In this document: positions 1 through 9,322 of the stretch, piece by piece
Layout: every line of letters starts with the position of its first letter
Numbering within the stretch: the stretch's first letter is position 1
Source: Candidatus Poribacteria bacterium
Lineage (GTDB): Bacteria; Poribacteria; WGA-4E; PCPOR2b
Reading direction: 5' to 3'
Assembly: GCA_965208675.1 (NCBI GenBank)
Contig: OZ242351.1
Coordinates: forward strand, 1,248,001 to 1,312,000
Length of the DNA: 64,000 nucleotides
Program-made: the position numbers and the translations under genes
The notes under the pieces: model-generated
What the model saw: only the letters and a program-made list of their open reading frames with translations
Databases searched by the model: none
What the model was told of the DNA's origin: nothing

Positions 1-408
1 GATAAATCCCTCTTTTATCTCGGCGGCATTGATACGCTCAGGGGATATCGCTACCAGGACCTAATCGGTACGCGTATGGGACTAATGAATTTTGAGATTC
101 GAATCCCATTCATTGACGAGCTGAGGTTTGGTTGGCCCTTCCCATGGGCAATCAGCGGGATTCGTGGTATTGCTTTCTCTGATTTTGGCACTGTTTGGTC
201 GGAGGCGCTCCACCACGACAATCCATATCACGTCTTTCATAAGGAGAATAACCGCTATCGCCTTGATGATGTCAAAGGTTCTGTTGGCATTGGACTCCGA
301 TTACAGCTTGGGTTCTTCTCTCTTGATTTCGATGTAGCGCGTCGAACCGACCTCGCCGAGATTAATCCGGACACAATGTTCCACTTTGGACTAAGCCAAG
401 CCTTTTGA
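1..408 (+). CDS. Omp85/BamA-TamA family outer membrane protein, C-terminal part (5' truncated by the window edge)
   Basis: Frame is open from base 1 (DKSLFYLGGIDTLRGY...). It carries the Omp85 LRGY motif, alternating beta-strands and a terminal Phe (FHFGLSQAF). Confidence 0.8.
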   Translation, partial: DKSLFYLGGIDTLRGYRYQDLIGTRMGLMNFEIRIPFIDELRFGWPFPWAISGIRGIAFSDFGTVWSEALHHDNPYHVFHKENNRYRLDDVKGSVGIGLRLQLGFFSLDFDVARRTDLAEINPDTMFHFGLSQAF

Positions 409-516
409 ATTTTGGAAAATGCAATAAGTATTATTAATATGTGAAAAATTGAACATATCTGCGTTCCGAGCGATTTGAACAGGAACAAGACTTGTCCCTG
501 CATTGAAGCAACCCTT

Positions 517-542
517 GTAGAGGCAACCCATGCGGTTGCCCT
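517..542 (+). repeat. GTAG-type REP-like palindrome
   Basis: GTAG followed by GGCAACC-catgc-GGTTGCC (perfect 7-bp stem) in an intergenic region, with degenerate relatives nearby (about 478-610). Confidence 0.5.
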
Positions 543-805
543 GCTGTAGATCGGCCGTCTCGCGAGACTTGTGCAAATCCGCGCCGGCTGGGAGAAGAAG
601 CCACACCTACTATTGTTGAATTGGGTATTAGGCGAAACAACCAATCGTATGTTGAATTGGCAACGCCAAAATGTCAACACGCCCTAGTTTAGACATCATC
701 TTCACCTAAAAGACTCGAAAAGTTCACAACCCCTTTGAACCTCCGGAGGGAAATCACATTGCGAATTCACAGTTCGCGTTAGCCATTAACTGAAGGTAGG
801 TACGC

Positions 806-3800
806 ATGCACTCACGTTTTAAACGACTCATTGTTCTCGCTGCGGTATTAGCGGTCATCGTCAGCATTATCGCAATTTTCGTCAATATTTACCCCAATGT
901 ACTTTGGTTTAATATGGTCGGCTACGTTTCAGTCTTTACGGAAATTCTATTGGCGAAAGTTGCATTGGGCGCTGCCGTCGGGGGGCTATTTCTGGTCATC
1001 CTTCTCGTCAACCTCTATCTGATTTGGCGTTTCACTCCCTCGCAACTAAGCCCCACCCTTCTTGAATCAATCCCAATCAGCGGCGAATTCGATTTCGATC
1101 TGCGCAAAATGATTTACGTAGTGTTGGCGCTTCTCGCCATTGCATTTAGCGCACTCATGGGATACACAGCGGCAGATCGCTGGGAAATCGCACTTCGATA
1201 TTTCAAAGCAGACGACCTCGCCTTTCAATCGGCTAGCCGCTTATCCGAAACTGTTGAACGCGGCAACACTGATGTTTTAATTTCTCAGTTGGATGTCGAA
1301 GCCAAGGGATTAAAGATAGGAGATAAGGTTGTTATTGAGCAGGAAAATCAAAGCCACGAAGCAAATGTCAATTCTATTAACAGCGCTGGCAACGGTAGAA
1401 GCAAGATTACGTTGAGCCGTCCTCTCGATTTCACCACGACGGAAAAAGCCGTGTTAACCGCGGCTGCCCGCGATCCAATCTTCGACAAAAACGTGAGTTA
1501 TTACGTTTTCAGAATGCCGTTTGAACGCTTTATTTGCGGCAATTTAGTTGGACTGTTTCTGCTAATGACAATCTTTTCCGCTGTGCTCTACTTTTTCCAC
1601 GGCTCTTTAATTGGCGATAATAATCGCTTCGATCCGCCGCAGCGTGTGAAGACACACCTCTTTGTGTTAGTCGGCATTACACTGCTGACTCGCGCTTGGA
1701 ATTACCGCTTTACAATGTTTGACCTGCTCTACGCTACCAACGATGTTGTCCGCGGCGGCGGCGGATATGCAGCCATCCAAGCGCGGTTGCTTGTACTGGA
1801 AATTTTGCTGGCGCTCTCAATCATCTGTGCCATAGTGTTCCTAATCAGCATCTTCTTGCGGCGAATCTCACCCGCTGTCGGTGGTGTTGTAATCCTATTG
1901 ATTGTTGGCTTCTTTGGTCAGGTCTATCCTAGGCTCATTCAAAGGCTCAAGGTCGAACCCAATAAACAGGAGCTTGAATCCAAATACATAAACTTTAACA
2001 TAAAGGCAACTTTATTCGCTTATGATTTGGAAGATAACACCGTGACGGAAGAAGAATATCCCTTGACCGGCGAGTTATCCTACGAGCAGATTACGAATGA
2101 GGAAAATTCCGCAGTCGTAAACAGCGTACGGCTTTGGGATTGGCGTCCGCTCAGGCGTACATTTCGTCAATTACAAGAACTGCGTCGTCAGTATGATTTT
2201 GCCGACGTAGACATTGACCGCTACCCAATGGAAGACGGCGAAGCGCGCCAGGTGATGCTCTCTACACGTGAGTTGGATTTGAACGAACTTCGAAATGAAG
2301 ATTGGTATAAGCGGACCTACGTCTATACTCACGGTTATGGCGCCGTGATGAGCCCCGTCAATGAGATCGATGACGGAAAACCCAAAATGTACATTGAGGA
2401 CATCCCAGTCAATTATGCAGCCGAATGGACGGATAATCGGTTTAATGCCGCGCCAGGACCGCGTATATACTACGGAGAACTCACACCGCATTACGCAATC
2501 GTCCATCCAGGGCGTGATGACAAACTGGAGTTTGATTACCCTGAACAGGGGCAGGGCTATGCCAAATATTCGTACACTGGACAGGGCGGGGTTCAACTCG
2601 CATCATTCTTGCGCAGGTTCGTTTACATGCTGAAATTTAACAATGAGCTAAATTTCATCCTATCGAGAGAAATTACATCTACTAGTCGGGTGCTCTATCA
2701 TCGAAACATACAAGAGCGTGTTCAAAAAATTGCACCGTTCTTACGATTCGATAAAGACCCCTATGCGGTTATTCACAACGGCAGGCTTATCTGGATGATC
2801 GACGCATACACGACAACGAGACGTTATCCGTATTCCGCCCCCATGCCGGATGTGGTGCGGGCAACTATTGCGGAACGGCAGGGAAGACGCGCGGCAAGCC
2901 GAATCGTCGGCAGCGAACAACCGTGGGATGGAAATTATATTCGAAATGCCGTAAAGGTGACTGTGGACGCCTACGATGGCACTGTGGATTTCTATCTCAT
3001 GAAGCGCGAAAACGACCCCATCGTAGAGTGCTACAACCGTATTTTCCCCAATCTCTTCAAACCATTTGACGACATGCCCGAAGATCTCAAAAGCCACATC
3101 CGCTATCCAACCACAATGTTCCTCATTCAAGCTCGGATGTATCAGGATTATCACATGAAAGACCCAACGACCTTCTATGCACAAGAAGACCCCTGGGAAA
3201 TCGGTAAAGAGGTTTACGACACGACTGAACGCCCCCGTAATCAGCCTATTGCGCCGCCCAGTCCCTTCCCGACCCAACAAGTGAGCCCACAGCCGCTCTT
3301 GACAAATGAACAAGAAGTCGCACCCTATTACGTTGTAATAAAACTGCCGGGCGAAGAACAGGCGGAATTCATGCTCATGCTTCCTTTCACCCCAAAGAGC
3401 AAGTTAAATCTCACCGCTTGGCTCGCTGCAAGATGCGATTTGCCGCAATACGGCCAACTGCTCGTTTATCGTTTTCCAAAAGGAAAACTTGCCCCTGGAC
3501 CAATGCAGGTCGAAAATTTCATTACCCAAAAACCTGAAATTTCCGAACAGATTAGCTTATGGAATAGGGAAGGATCGCGCGTGTTGCGTGGAAATTTGTT
3601 AATTATCCCCATGCACAACGCCCTATTGTACGTAGAGCCAATCTACATTCAATCGGAGAATGAGGATTCGGCAATACCTGAACTCCGTCGTGTCGTCATC
3701 GGCTATAAAGAAAACGTCGTCTGGGGCGCGAGTTTTGACGAAGCCTTGGTCAAGATGTTTGGAAGAACCGCGGCAGCGGGCGTCCCCCCGGCGGCGGAAC

Positions 3801-4006
3801 TCGAAACTGTCGAACAGAAAAAAGACGTAGAGCAAGTAATCGCCCACGCCTCAAATCAAATCTCAATTTCCGAACTGGCGAAAGATGCAAACCGATACTT
3901 TGAACGGGCCGAAGCAGCGAGAAGAGCGGGGAAGTGGGATGAATACGGGCGTTTTCACAATCTGCTGGAGCAGACATTGAAGCAGTTGGACGAAAACGCA
4001 AATTAG
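806..4006 (+). CDS. UPF0182 family membrane protein
   Basis: N-terminal multi-TM region plus the motifs DPIF, RLWD, DVDIDRY, YTHGYG, PRIYYGE, NYIRNAVKVTVDAYDG, RGNLL and LYVEPIY. Confidence 0.93.
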   Translation: MHSRFKRLIVLAAVLAVIVSIIAIFVNIYPNVLWFNMVGYVSVFTEILLAKVALGAAVGGLFLVILLVNLYLIWRFTPSQLSPTLLESIPISGEFDFDLRKMIYVVLALLAIAFSALMGYTAADRWEIALRYFKADDLAFQSASRLSETVERGNTDVLISQLDVEAKGLKIGDKVVIEQENQSHEANVNSINSAGNGRSKITLSRPLDFTTTEKAVLTAAARDPIFDKNVSYYVFRMPFERFICGNLVGLFLLMTIFSAVLYFFHGSLIGDNNRFDPPQRVKTHLFVLVGITLLTRAWNYRFTMFDLLYATNDVVRGGGGYAAIQARLLVLEILLALSIICAIVFLISIFLRRISPAVGGVVILLIVGFFGQVYPRLIQRLKVEPNKQELESKYINFNIKATLFAYDLEDNTVTEEEYPLTGELSYEQITNEENSAVVNSVRLWDWRPLRRTFRQLQELRRQYDFADVDIDRYPMEDGEARQVMLSTRELDLNELRNEDWYKRTYVYTHGYGAVMSPVNEIDDGKPKMYIEDIPVNYAAEWTDNRFNAAPGPRIYYGELTPHYAIVHPGRDDKLEFDYPEQGQGYAKYSYTGQGGVQLASFLRRFVYMLKFNNELNFILSREITSTSRVLYHRNIQERVQKIAPFLRFDKDPYAVIHNGRLIWMIDAYTTTRRYPYSAPMPDVVRATIAERQGRRAASRIVGSEQPWDGNYIRNAVKVTVDAYDGTVDFYLMKRENDPIVECYNRIFPNLFKPFDDMPEDLKSHIRYPTTMFLIQARMYQDYHMKDPTTFYAQEDPWEIGKEVYDTTERPRNQPIAPPSPFPTQQVSPQPLLTNEQEVAPYYVVIKLPGEEQAEFMLMLPFTPKSKLNLTAWLAARCDLPQYGQLLVYRFPKGKLAPGPMQVENFITQKPEISEQISLWNREGSRVLRGNLLIIPMHNALLYVEPIYIQSENEDSAIPELRRVVIGYKENVVWGASFDEALVKMFGRTAAAGVPPAAELETVEQKKDVEQVIAHASNQISISELAKDANRYFERAEAARRAGKWDEYGRFHNLLEQTLKQLDENAN

Positions 4007-4036
4007 CAACCAACAACTAACACGGAGGTGACTCAA

Positions 4037-4291
4037 ATGGGACTCGACTGGAAACCGCGTCACCGGGATTTAGTCATTGGCGGCATTCCTTGGCTTGCCC
4101 GAATCACGGATAAAGCGCGCGCCAAATTGAACGGGACTATCGGCGACTACATTTACCCGTGACCAATGGATCAATCAGTATTCCTGGAGGAATACAAGCT
4201 CACAGGCGACGAGTTTATTGAAATCGTAAAAAATAATCCGTCAGACGATGACATGATTGCTGCGATTCGTTCGCTGGCGAAAGAACAATAA
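4037..4291 (+). CDS. DUF5069-like small protein with in-frame TGA (4160-4162); candidate selenoprotein, 84 aa
   Basis: Strong RBS GGAGGTG (4024-4030) and ATG at 4037. Translation: MGLDWKPRHRDLVIGGIPWLARITDKARAKLNGTIGDYIYP-U-PMDQSVFLEEYKLTGDEFIEIVKNNPSDDDMIAAIRSLAKEQ. It matches the DUF5069 pattern (R..DKARA...GT.G.Y.YPCP.D) on both sides of the TGA. Confidence 0.8.
4178..4195 (+). promoter_or_regulatory. Putative bacterial SECIS hairpin
   Basis: GTATTCC-TGGA-GGAATAC is a perfect 7-bp stem. The apical loop has G at position 2 and starts 22 nt after the in-frame TGA. Confidence 0.65.
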
Positions 4292-4342
4292 TTCGAGTTG
4301 TTATCGTAACAAGTGCATTACTCATGTTGGAGATGTCTTTAA

Positions 4343-5407
4343 TTGAATCTGGCAGACTACCGAAATCAGATCGATCAACTTGATGATCAAATCTTGGATC
4401 TCTTGCTTCAACGCGCGCGAATTGCCAAAAAGGTAGGAGACTTCAAAGAAAGCGCAAACACGGGGACTGTGTATGCGCCGCACCGTGAAAAAGAGATTCT
4501 GACTCGGTTGAAGGCGCGCAACAGGGATGGATTTCCACCCATTGCCCTTGAGAAAATTTATAAAGAGATTATTTCGGCTTGCAGATTTTTAGAAAAGCCA
4601 TTGCGCATTGCATACCTCGGCCCCGTTGGTAGTTTTGGGCATGCAGCCAGCCTGCGCCATTTTGGCGGCTCGGCAAATTTCATTCCGCAATCGCCTCAAA
4701 CCGATATCTTCGTAGAGGTCGAAGCTAGCAGGGCCGATTACGGAGTGGTTGCAATCGAAAATTCCACATACGGTAGTGTGCGCGACGTTTTGGAAATGTT
4801 CCAGCACTCGCAGTTGCAAATTTGCGCCGAAATCTTCCTGCCAATTGATCACAACCTGCTCTCAAATTCTCCACTGAACGAAGTCGTTAAAGTCTACTCA
4901 CATCCGCAACCCTTTGCGCAATGCAGAAAATGGCTTCATCAAAACTTGGAAGGTGTTCAACAAATTGAAGTCGCAAGTACGTCTGAGGCCGCGCGAATAG
5001 CCGCCGACCAACACGGTGCCGCGGCAATCGCTAGCAAGCTGGCAGCGGAAATCTATGATTTGCCTATTTCCAACCCGTCAATCATGGACGACCCAAGTAA
5101 CACAACCCGCTTCCTTGTTATTGGATGGCACGCCGCGGAAAGAAGCGGAAACGACCGGACATCAATCCTTTTCGCTATTAAAGACAAAGTCGGTGCGCTC
5201 TATGAAGTCCTCAGTGTCTTGGAGCGCAAAGGTATCAATATGAGTCGGATTGAATCCTTGCCCGCCCGAACAAAAGCTTGGGAGTACGTTTTCTTTGTTG
5301 ATTTTGATGGGCACCCCGAAGATGAAAACGTCCGAACCGCTCTAGACGAGATTGAAGAGCTATGCGTGCTCGCAAAAATCCTTGGGGTTTATCCGTGTGC
5401 TTCCTAG
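4343..5407 (+). CDS. pheA: Bifunctional chorismate mutase/prephenate dehydratase
   Basis: N-terminal CM domain (RNQIDQLDDQILDLL..R), AYLGP.GS, IENSTYG, SHPQ, NTTRF, and a C-terminal ACT domain (IES.P...WEYVFFVD). Confidence 0.95.
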   Translation: MNLADYRNQIDQLDDQILDLLLQRARIAKKVGDFKESANTGTVYAPHREKEILTRLKARNRDGFPPIALEKIYKEIISACRFLEKPLRIAYLGPVGSFGHAASLRHFGGSANFIPQSPQTDIFVEVEASRADYGVVAIENSTYGSVRDVLEMFQHSQLQICAEIFLPIDHNLLSNSPLNEVVKVYSHPQPFAQCRKWLHQNLEGVQQIEVASTSEAARIAADQHGAAAIASKLAAEIYDLPISNPSIMDDPSNTTRFLVIGWHAAERSGNDRTSILFAIKDKVGALYEVLSVLERKGINMSRIESLPARTKAWEYVFFVDFDGHPEDENVRTALDEIEELCVLAKILGVYPCAS

Positions 5408-5416
5408 GTTGGTAAA

Positions 5417-6481
5417 TTATCTATACCATATGACAACCGAAATCAGGTTCACAAAACTATGTGTAATGATCGCAGGAATAATTGACTTCGTTCTAACAGA
5501 CAGCGCGGCGTAGGTTAGACCCATAACAAATATTGGGATGAATCGTAGTACGGACCCATGGAGAAGAGCAAACAAAAGAGAACTCAACAAAAGCCCCTTC
5601 TGATTCCCGAATCGATCGGACAAGGCGCTGTACATTATCCCTCGGAATAAAATTTCCTCGCCGACCGGCGTCAGAACAAGTAATACAAAACCCATGAGCA
5701 CCACAGAGGCGTCACGAAGATGTTCTGGCATGCCGGTCGCTTGGCGCTCTTCTTCCATCTTTATTAGAGATTCTACCGCACTGGACGATATTATGCCGTT
5801 TAATCCGGTTATCACCTGCATTCCGGCTTCTGAGATCAACACCAAAACCGGACCAAGTAGAAAGGGTAAACCGAATATCTTAATATCGCCGCTGAATCTC
5901 AGCCCAACGGCGGCAAGTGGTCTACGATAACGCACGGTCACACAATGGAGGCATAACCAAATCAGAACATTCCGTACAATCAGCTCAATAATCCAAACGT
6001 GAGAAGGTGGAAGCGTCAATATATATGAAGCGATGTCTTGTGGCTCCAATAACTTCTCCGCACCCTCCGAAAACCCAATCGCCGCAAACAGGGCAAAATT
6101 GTGAACCAATAGAGCGGCCAAGATGATAACAATTGCGTCTGATGGCTCAAAATACCCGTGTAACTTCGATATTGTTTCCTCTACGGTGTAAGACCGATTA
6201 CAGTATCTACACTGGCGCGTGGTGGCGCGGTTTTTTCGATGACAATCGCGGCATGTCCAAATAAGTTCTGGAGGTCGATTCCAAAAATATAGCGGGAAAA
6301 ACGCCTCTGGGACGAAAAGGACGCCTAAAATCCATAGCATCGACCGCTCCCGAAGCTTGATATCGCGGTACGTCCAAAGCGCCAAACCGACATGAATTAG
6401 CATCCGAACCAATAGCCCGATTATCTCCAACAAATCACGCACTCCCGCCAATGATTGAGCGTCGCGCATAGTAGCACGCAC
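5417..6481 (-). CDS. CPBP (Abi/CAAX type II) intramembrane protease with an N-terminal zinc-ribbon module
   Basis: EEILFRG, FALLH and H..VN motifs; CRDC...CRYC near the N-terminus. True start is probably near 6433 (TTG) given the promoter at 6468-6497. Confidence 0.85.
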   Translation of the reverse strand: MRATMRDAQSLAGVRDLLEIIGLLVRMLIHVGLALWTYRDIKLRERSMLWILGVLFVPEAFFPLYFWNRPPELIWTCRDCHRKNRATTRQCRYCNRSYTVEETISKLHGYFEPSDAIVIILAALLVHNFALFAAIGFSEGAEKLLEPQDIASYILTLPPSHVWIIELIVRNVLIWLCLHCVTVRYRRPLAAVGLRFSGDIKIFGLPFLLGPVLVLISEAGMQVITGLNGIISSSAVESLIKMEEERQATGMPEHLRDASVVLMGFVLLVLTPVGEEILFRGIMYSALSDRFGNQKGLLLSSLLFALLHGSVLRFIPIFVMGLTYAALSVRTKSIIPAIITHSFVNLISVVIWYR

Positions 6482-6497
6482 ATGTCTTTTTTGTCAA
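6468..6497 (-). promoter_or_regulatory. Sigma70-type promoter for the CPBP gene
   Basis: TTGACA-18 nt-TACTAT on the minus strand. Confidence 0.5.
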
Positions 6498-6668
6498 CCG
6501 CCTTCACGTTTCCAATCGCCCAGTTTCTATGTAACTTTCTACGCTGTACCTCCACAAATCGTCGTCGTATGACGCATACCGGTTCAGTTTCTGGCACCAG
6601 TCGTCAATCAGCAGTGCGGTCGGCACTTGAACTGTCCGCGGAACGAAAAAATAGGGCAAAAAAAGGGT

Positions 6669-7793
6669 ATGAGCCTAACAGAGCAAATTAAAGATTTCGC
6701 GCAAAAACTTGGATTCAGTCTTGTCGGTATTGCCCCGGCGGAACCCAGCCAAACAATCGATCGCTACGAGAGGTGGTTGGAGAGCGGTTACGGCGGGGAA
6801 ATGCGTTATCTCGAAAGACATTCGCCGTTGAAACAGAATGTTCGGAATCTACTACCGGAAGCCAAATCAATCATAACGTTAGGATTCAATTACTATACTA
6901 TCGATCCACCCGCATCGCTCGCTGACGATTCATCCCGGGGGCAAATTTCCCGATATGCGTGGGGAACGGATTACCACGATATTATTCAAAAGAAACTTCG
7001 TCGGTTGGCGCAGTTCATTAAAGCGGCTGCACAGGAACAGGTTAAAAGCAGAGTCTATGTCGATTCGGGCCCAATTCTTGAGCGCGAATACGCGCAGAAA
7101 GCGGGAATCGGTTGGATCGGCAAAAACACTAACTTGATTAACTGGCAATCGGGATCGTGGTATTTTCTTGCAGAACTGCTCGTCAGCGTCGCATTGGACC
7201 ATGATTACCTGCCGCCGCGCGGCGATTGCGGTACATGCACACTCTGTATCGAAGCATGCCCAACGGACGCCATTATTTCGCCAAATCTCCTCGATTCCCG
7301 CCTCTGCATCTCATACCTCACCATTGAATTAAAAGGCAGCATCCCTCGAAATCTGCGGCCGCAAATGGAAAACTTAATCTTCGGCTGCGACATCTGCCAA
7401 GAAGTTTGCCCGTGGAACAGCAAAGCAAAACCTACACAGGAACGCGGTTTTTACCCGCGGAAGGGCAACCTTGCGCCCAAACTGATTTCGCTTATCAACA
7501 TGACCCAAGAGGAGTTTAGCAAACGCTTCAAGAACAGCCCAATTAAGCGAGCTAAGCGGAAGGGGTTTTTACGGAATGTCGCCGTCGCGCTAGGGAATTG
7601 GAAGAGTCGTGCGGCGGTGCCTGCTCTCAAAACCGCACTGAACGACGATGAACCGTTGGTGCGTGCACATGCCGCGTGGGCGCTCGGACAAATCAACGTT
7701 AAATCCGCCAAAACGGCATTACGGGAACGGATAAAAGTGGAATCAAAAACAGCCGTCATTGACGAAATTAACGACGCCCTGCGCGTAAGTTGA
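6669..7793 (+). CDS. queG: tRNA epoxyqueuosine(34) reductase
   Basis: SRYAWG.DYH, VDSGP.LER, GWIGKN, CGTCTLCIEACP, GCDICQEVCPWN and a C-terminal HEAT repeat. ATG at 6669 taken as start. Confidence 0.95.
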   Translation: MSLTEQIKDFAQKLGFSLVGIAPAEPSQTIDRYERWLESGYGGEMRYLERHSPLKQNVRNLLPEAKSIITLGFNYYTIDPPASLADDSSRGQISRYAWGTDYHDIIQKKLRRLAQFIKAAAQEQVKSRVYVDSGPILEREYAQKAGIGWIGKNTNLINWQSGSWYFLAELLVSVALDHDYLPPRGDCGTCTLCIEACPTDAIISPNLLDSRLCISYLTIELKGSIPRNLRPQMENLIFGCDICQEVCPWNSKAKPTQERGFYPRKGNLAPKLISLINMTQEEFSKRFKNSPIKRAKRKGFLRNVAVALGNWKSRAAVPALKTALNDDEPLVRAHAAWALGQINVKSAKTALRERIKVESKTAVIDEINDALRVS

Positions 7794-7808
7794 CCGCCCA
7801 AGCCGACA

Positions 7809-7856
7809 CAAAAAACCGCAGGAAGCGGCATTATACGTACTCGTTCTCCCTGCGGT
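7809..7856 (-). terminator. Probable intrinsic terminator of the tRNA operon
   Basis: ACCGCAGG/CCTGCGGT inverted repeat followed by a T-run on the minus strand; the loop is long. Confidence 0.45.
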
Positions 7857-7891
7857 GTAGAAGGATTATCGCACTCAACAGTTGTGTGTGA

Positions 7892-7963
7892 TGCCGGTGC
7901 GGAGAGTTGAACTCCGGACAACACGATTATGAGTCGTGTGCTCTACCACTGAGCTACACCGGC
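7892..7963 (-). tRNA. tRNA-Met (CAT), elongator type (Ile2 not fully excluded)
   Basis: Reverse complement GCCGGTGTAGCTCAGTGGTAGAGCACACGACTCATAATCGTGTTGTCCGGAGTTCAACTCTCCGCACCGGCA folds as a cloverleaf. No encoded CCA. Confidence 0.9.
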
Positions 7964-7969
7964 GGTGTG

Positions 7970-8005
7970 AAAAAAGGGAAACGCGCACATAGAGCGCATT
8001 TCCCT
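7970..8005 (-). terminator. Terminator-like hairpin between tRNA-fMet and tRNA-Met
   Basis: AGGGAAATGCGC...GCGCGTTTCCCT followed by TTTTT on the minus strand. Confidence 0.55.
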
Positions 8006-8010
8006 CAAAA

Positions 8011-8085
<75 letters not shown>

Positions 8086-8107
8086 CAAGTGTCGCGAAGG
8101 ACACATA

Positions 8108-8192
8108 TGGGCGAGGAGGGATTCGAACCCTCACACCCGGTTATGGGCGATGGATTTTAAGTCCATTGTGTCTGCCATTCCACCACTCGCCC
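8108..8192 (-). tRNA. tRNA-Leu (TAA)
   Basis: GGGCGAGTGGTGGAATGGCAGACACAATGGACTTAAAATCCAT..., long variable arm, GGTTCGAATCC T-arm. No encoded CCA. Confidence 0.93.
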
Positions 8193-8241
8193 GCTGGCGC
8201 AAGGGCACATAAACGCTGCTCCCCCGATGCTGCCATGATAT

Positions 8242-8271
8242 ATTGTAATCTAATGCCCTCTGATTTGTCAA
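8242..8271 (-). promoter_or_regulatory. Sigma70 promoter of the tRNA operon
   Basis: TTGACA-18 nt-TACAAT about 50 nt upstream of tRNA-Leu. Confidence 0.6.
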
Positions 8272-8505
8272 GCCTTAATTTGTTTGAGTCCGTCGGTCAT
8301 TTCGATATTGTGAAAACGGCAAACTTTGACAGGTGAATCCATTTACCGTTCCCACCCTCGCCAGTTGGCAATCTCTCCAGGCCAACCGTCTAGCTTGTAT
8401 GTTAAATCCCGCCGAGATTTGCAATCCAACTCGCCGCCTCAAAGTTCAAATGTGAATTACTGCAGACATGAGCGGTCATCCAAAAGCAAATTCGAAATAT
8501 AACTA

Positions 8506-9321
8506 TCATGAGCCCGTGCTGTGATAGTGCAGCATTCCGATGCGCCAGAGTGCATAACAACAAAGCAACATCGCGACCGCAACGGCCGGGGCGCCGAATT
8601 GAAAGTATGCAGGCATACCCAAGAATTGGTCTTTTCCCAGTAGATTCAGCGCGGGATAATATGTCACAAATGCCACGGGAAGAATGAATGTCAAAAGCAG
8701 TCGCACAGCGAGAGGATAAATCGAGATGGGAAACGTGGCAGCCTCTTTGCTTGCGGTGATGAGGATATCGGTGAGTTTACCGGATTTTGTGGCTAATAGC
8801 GCGACGGATGCGCTGACAAGCATAAATGCAAACATGATTATGCCGCCGCTTACAACAGTGATGATTGTAAATAAACCGCGTGCGACCGTCAACCGAATCT
8901 GCGCCATGTGAAAAGCGGCGCCGAATATTACAATACTCGTCAACAACCGTGACGCATGATGGAGTTCCACCCGGCTAGCGAGGACGTAAAATAAGGGTGG
9001 AACCGGTTTAATCAATACAGTGTCCAAATCGCCGCGAACGACATATCGGTCGAAATCGTCCAATTGATTCCCCACTATTTTCATCAAAGCGAACGCTAAC
9101 GACGCTAAGCTGTATAGAAACATGATATCGGGCAAAGCCCATCCGTTTACCGTGCGAAACTTCGTGAATAAGACGCCGAGTAAGCCTATCAGACACGCTT
9201 CCCCGGCAACGACCGCTGCGCACATGAGACCGAAAGACAGCCTGTATTGAAGTCTAGACCGCACATATGCACCGGCGAGAAGCAGATAAAGTCTGCTGTA
9301 ACGCACTATCGGGTTGCTCAT
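8506..9321 (-). CDS. ABC-2 family (DUF990-like) exporter permease
   Basis: Multi-TM; G.LD..L.KP, FPISIYP and C-terminal HYHSTGS typical of this family. Confidence 0.88.
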   Translation of the reverse strand: MSNPIVRYSRLYLLLAGAYVRSRLQYRLSFGLMCAAVVAGEACLIGLLGVLFTKFRTVNGWALPDIMFLYSLASLAFALMKIVGNQLDDFDRYVVRGDLDTVLIKPVPPLFYVLASRVELHHASRLLTSIVIFGAAFHMAQIRLTVARGLFTIITVVSGGIIMFAFMLVSASVALLATKSGKLTDILITASKEAATFPISIYPLAVRLLLTFILPVAFVTYYPALNLLGKDQFLGMPAYFQFGAPAVAVAMLLCCYALWRIGMLHYHSTGS

Positions 9322-9322
9322 T

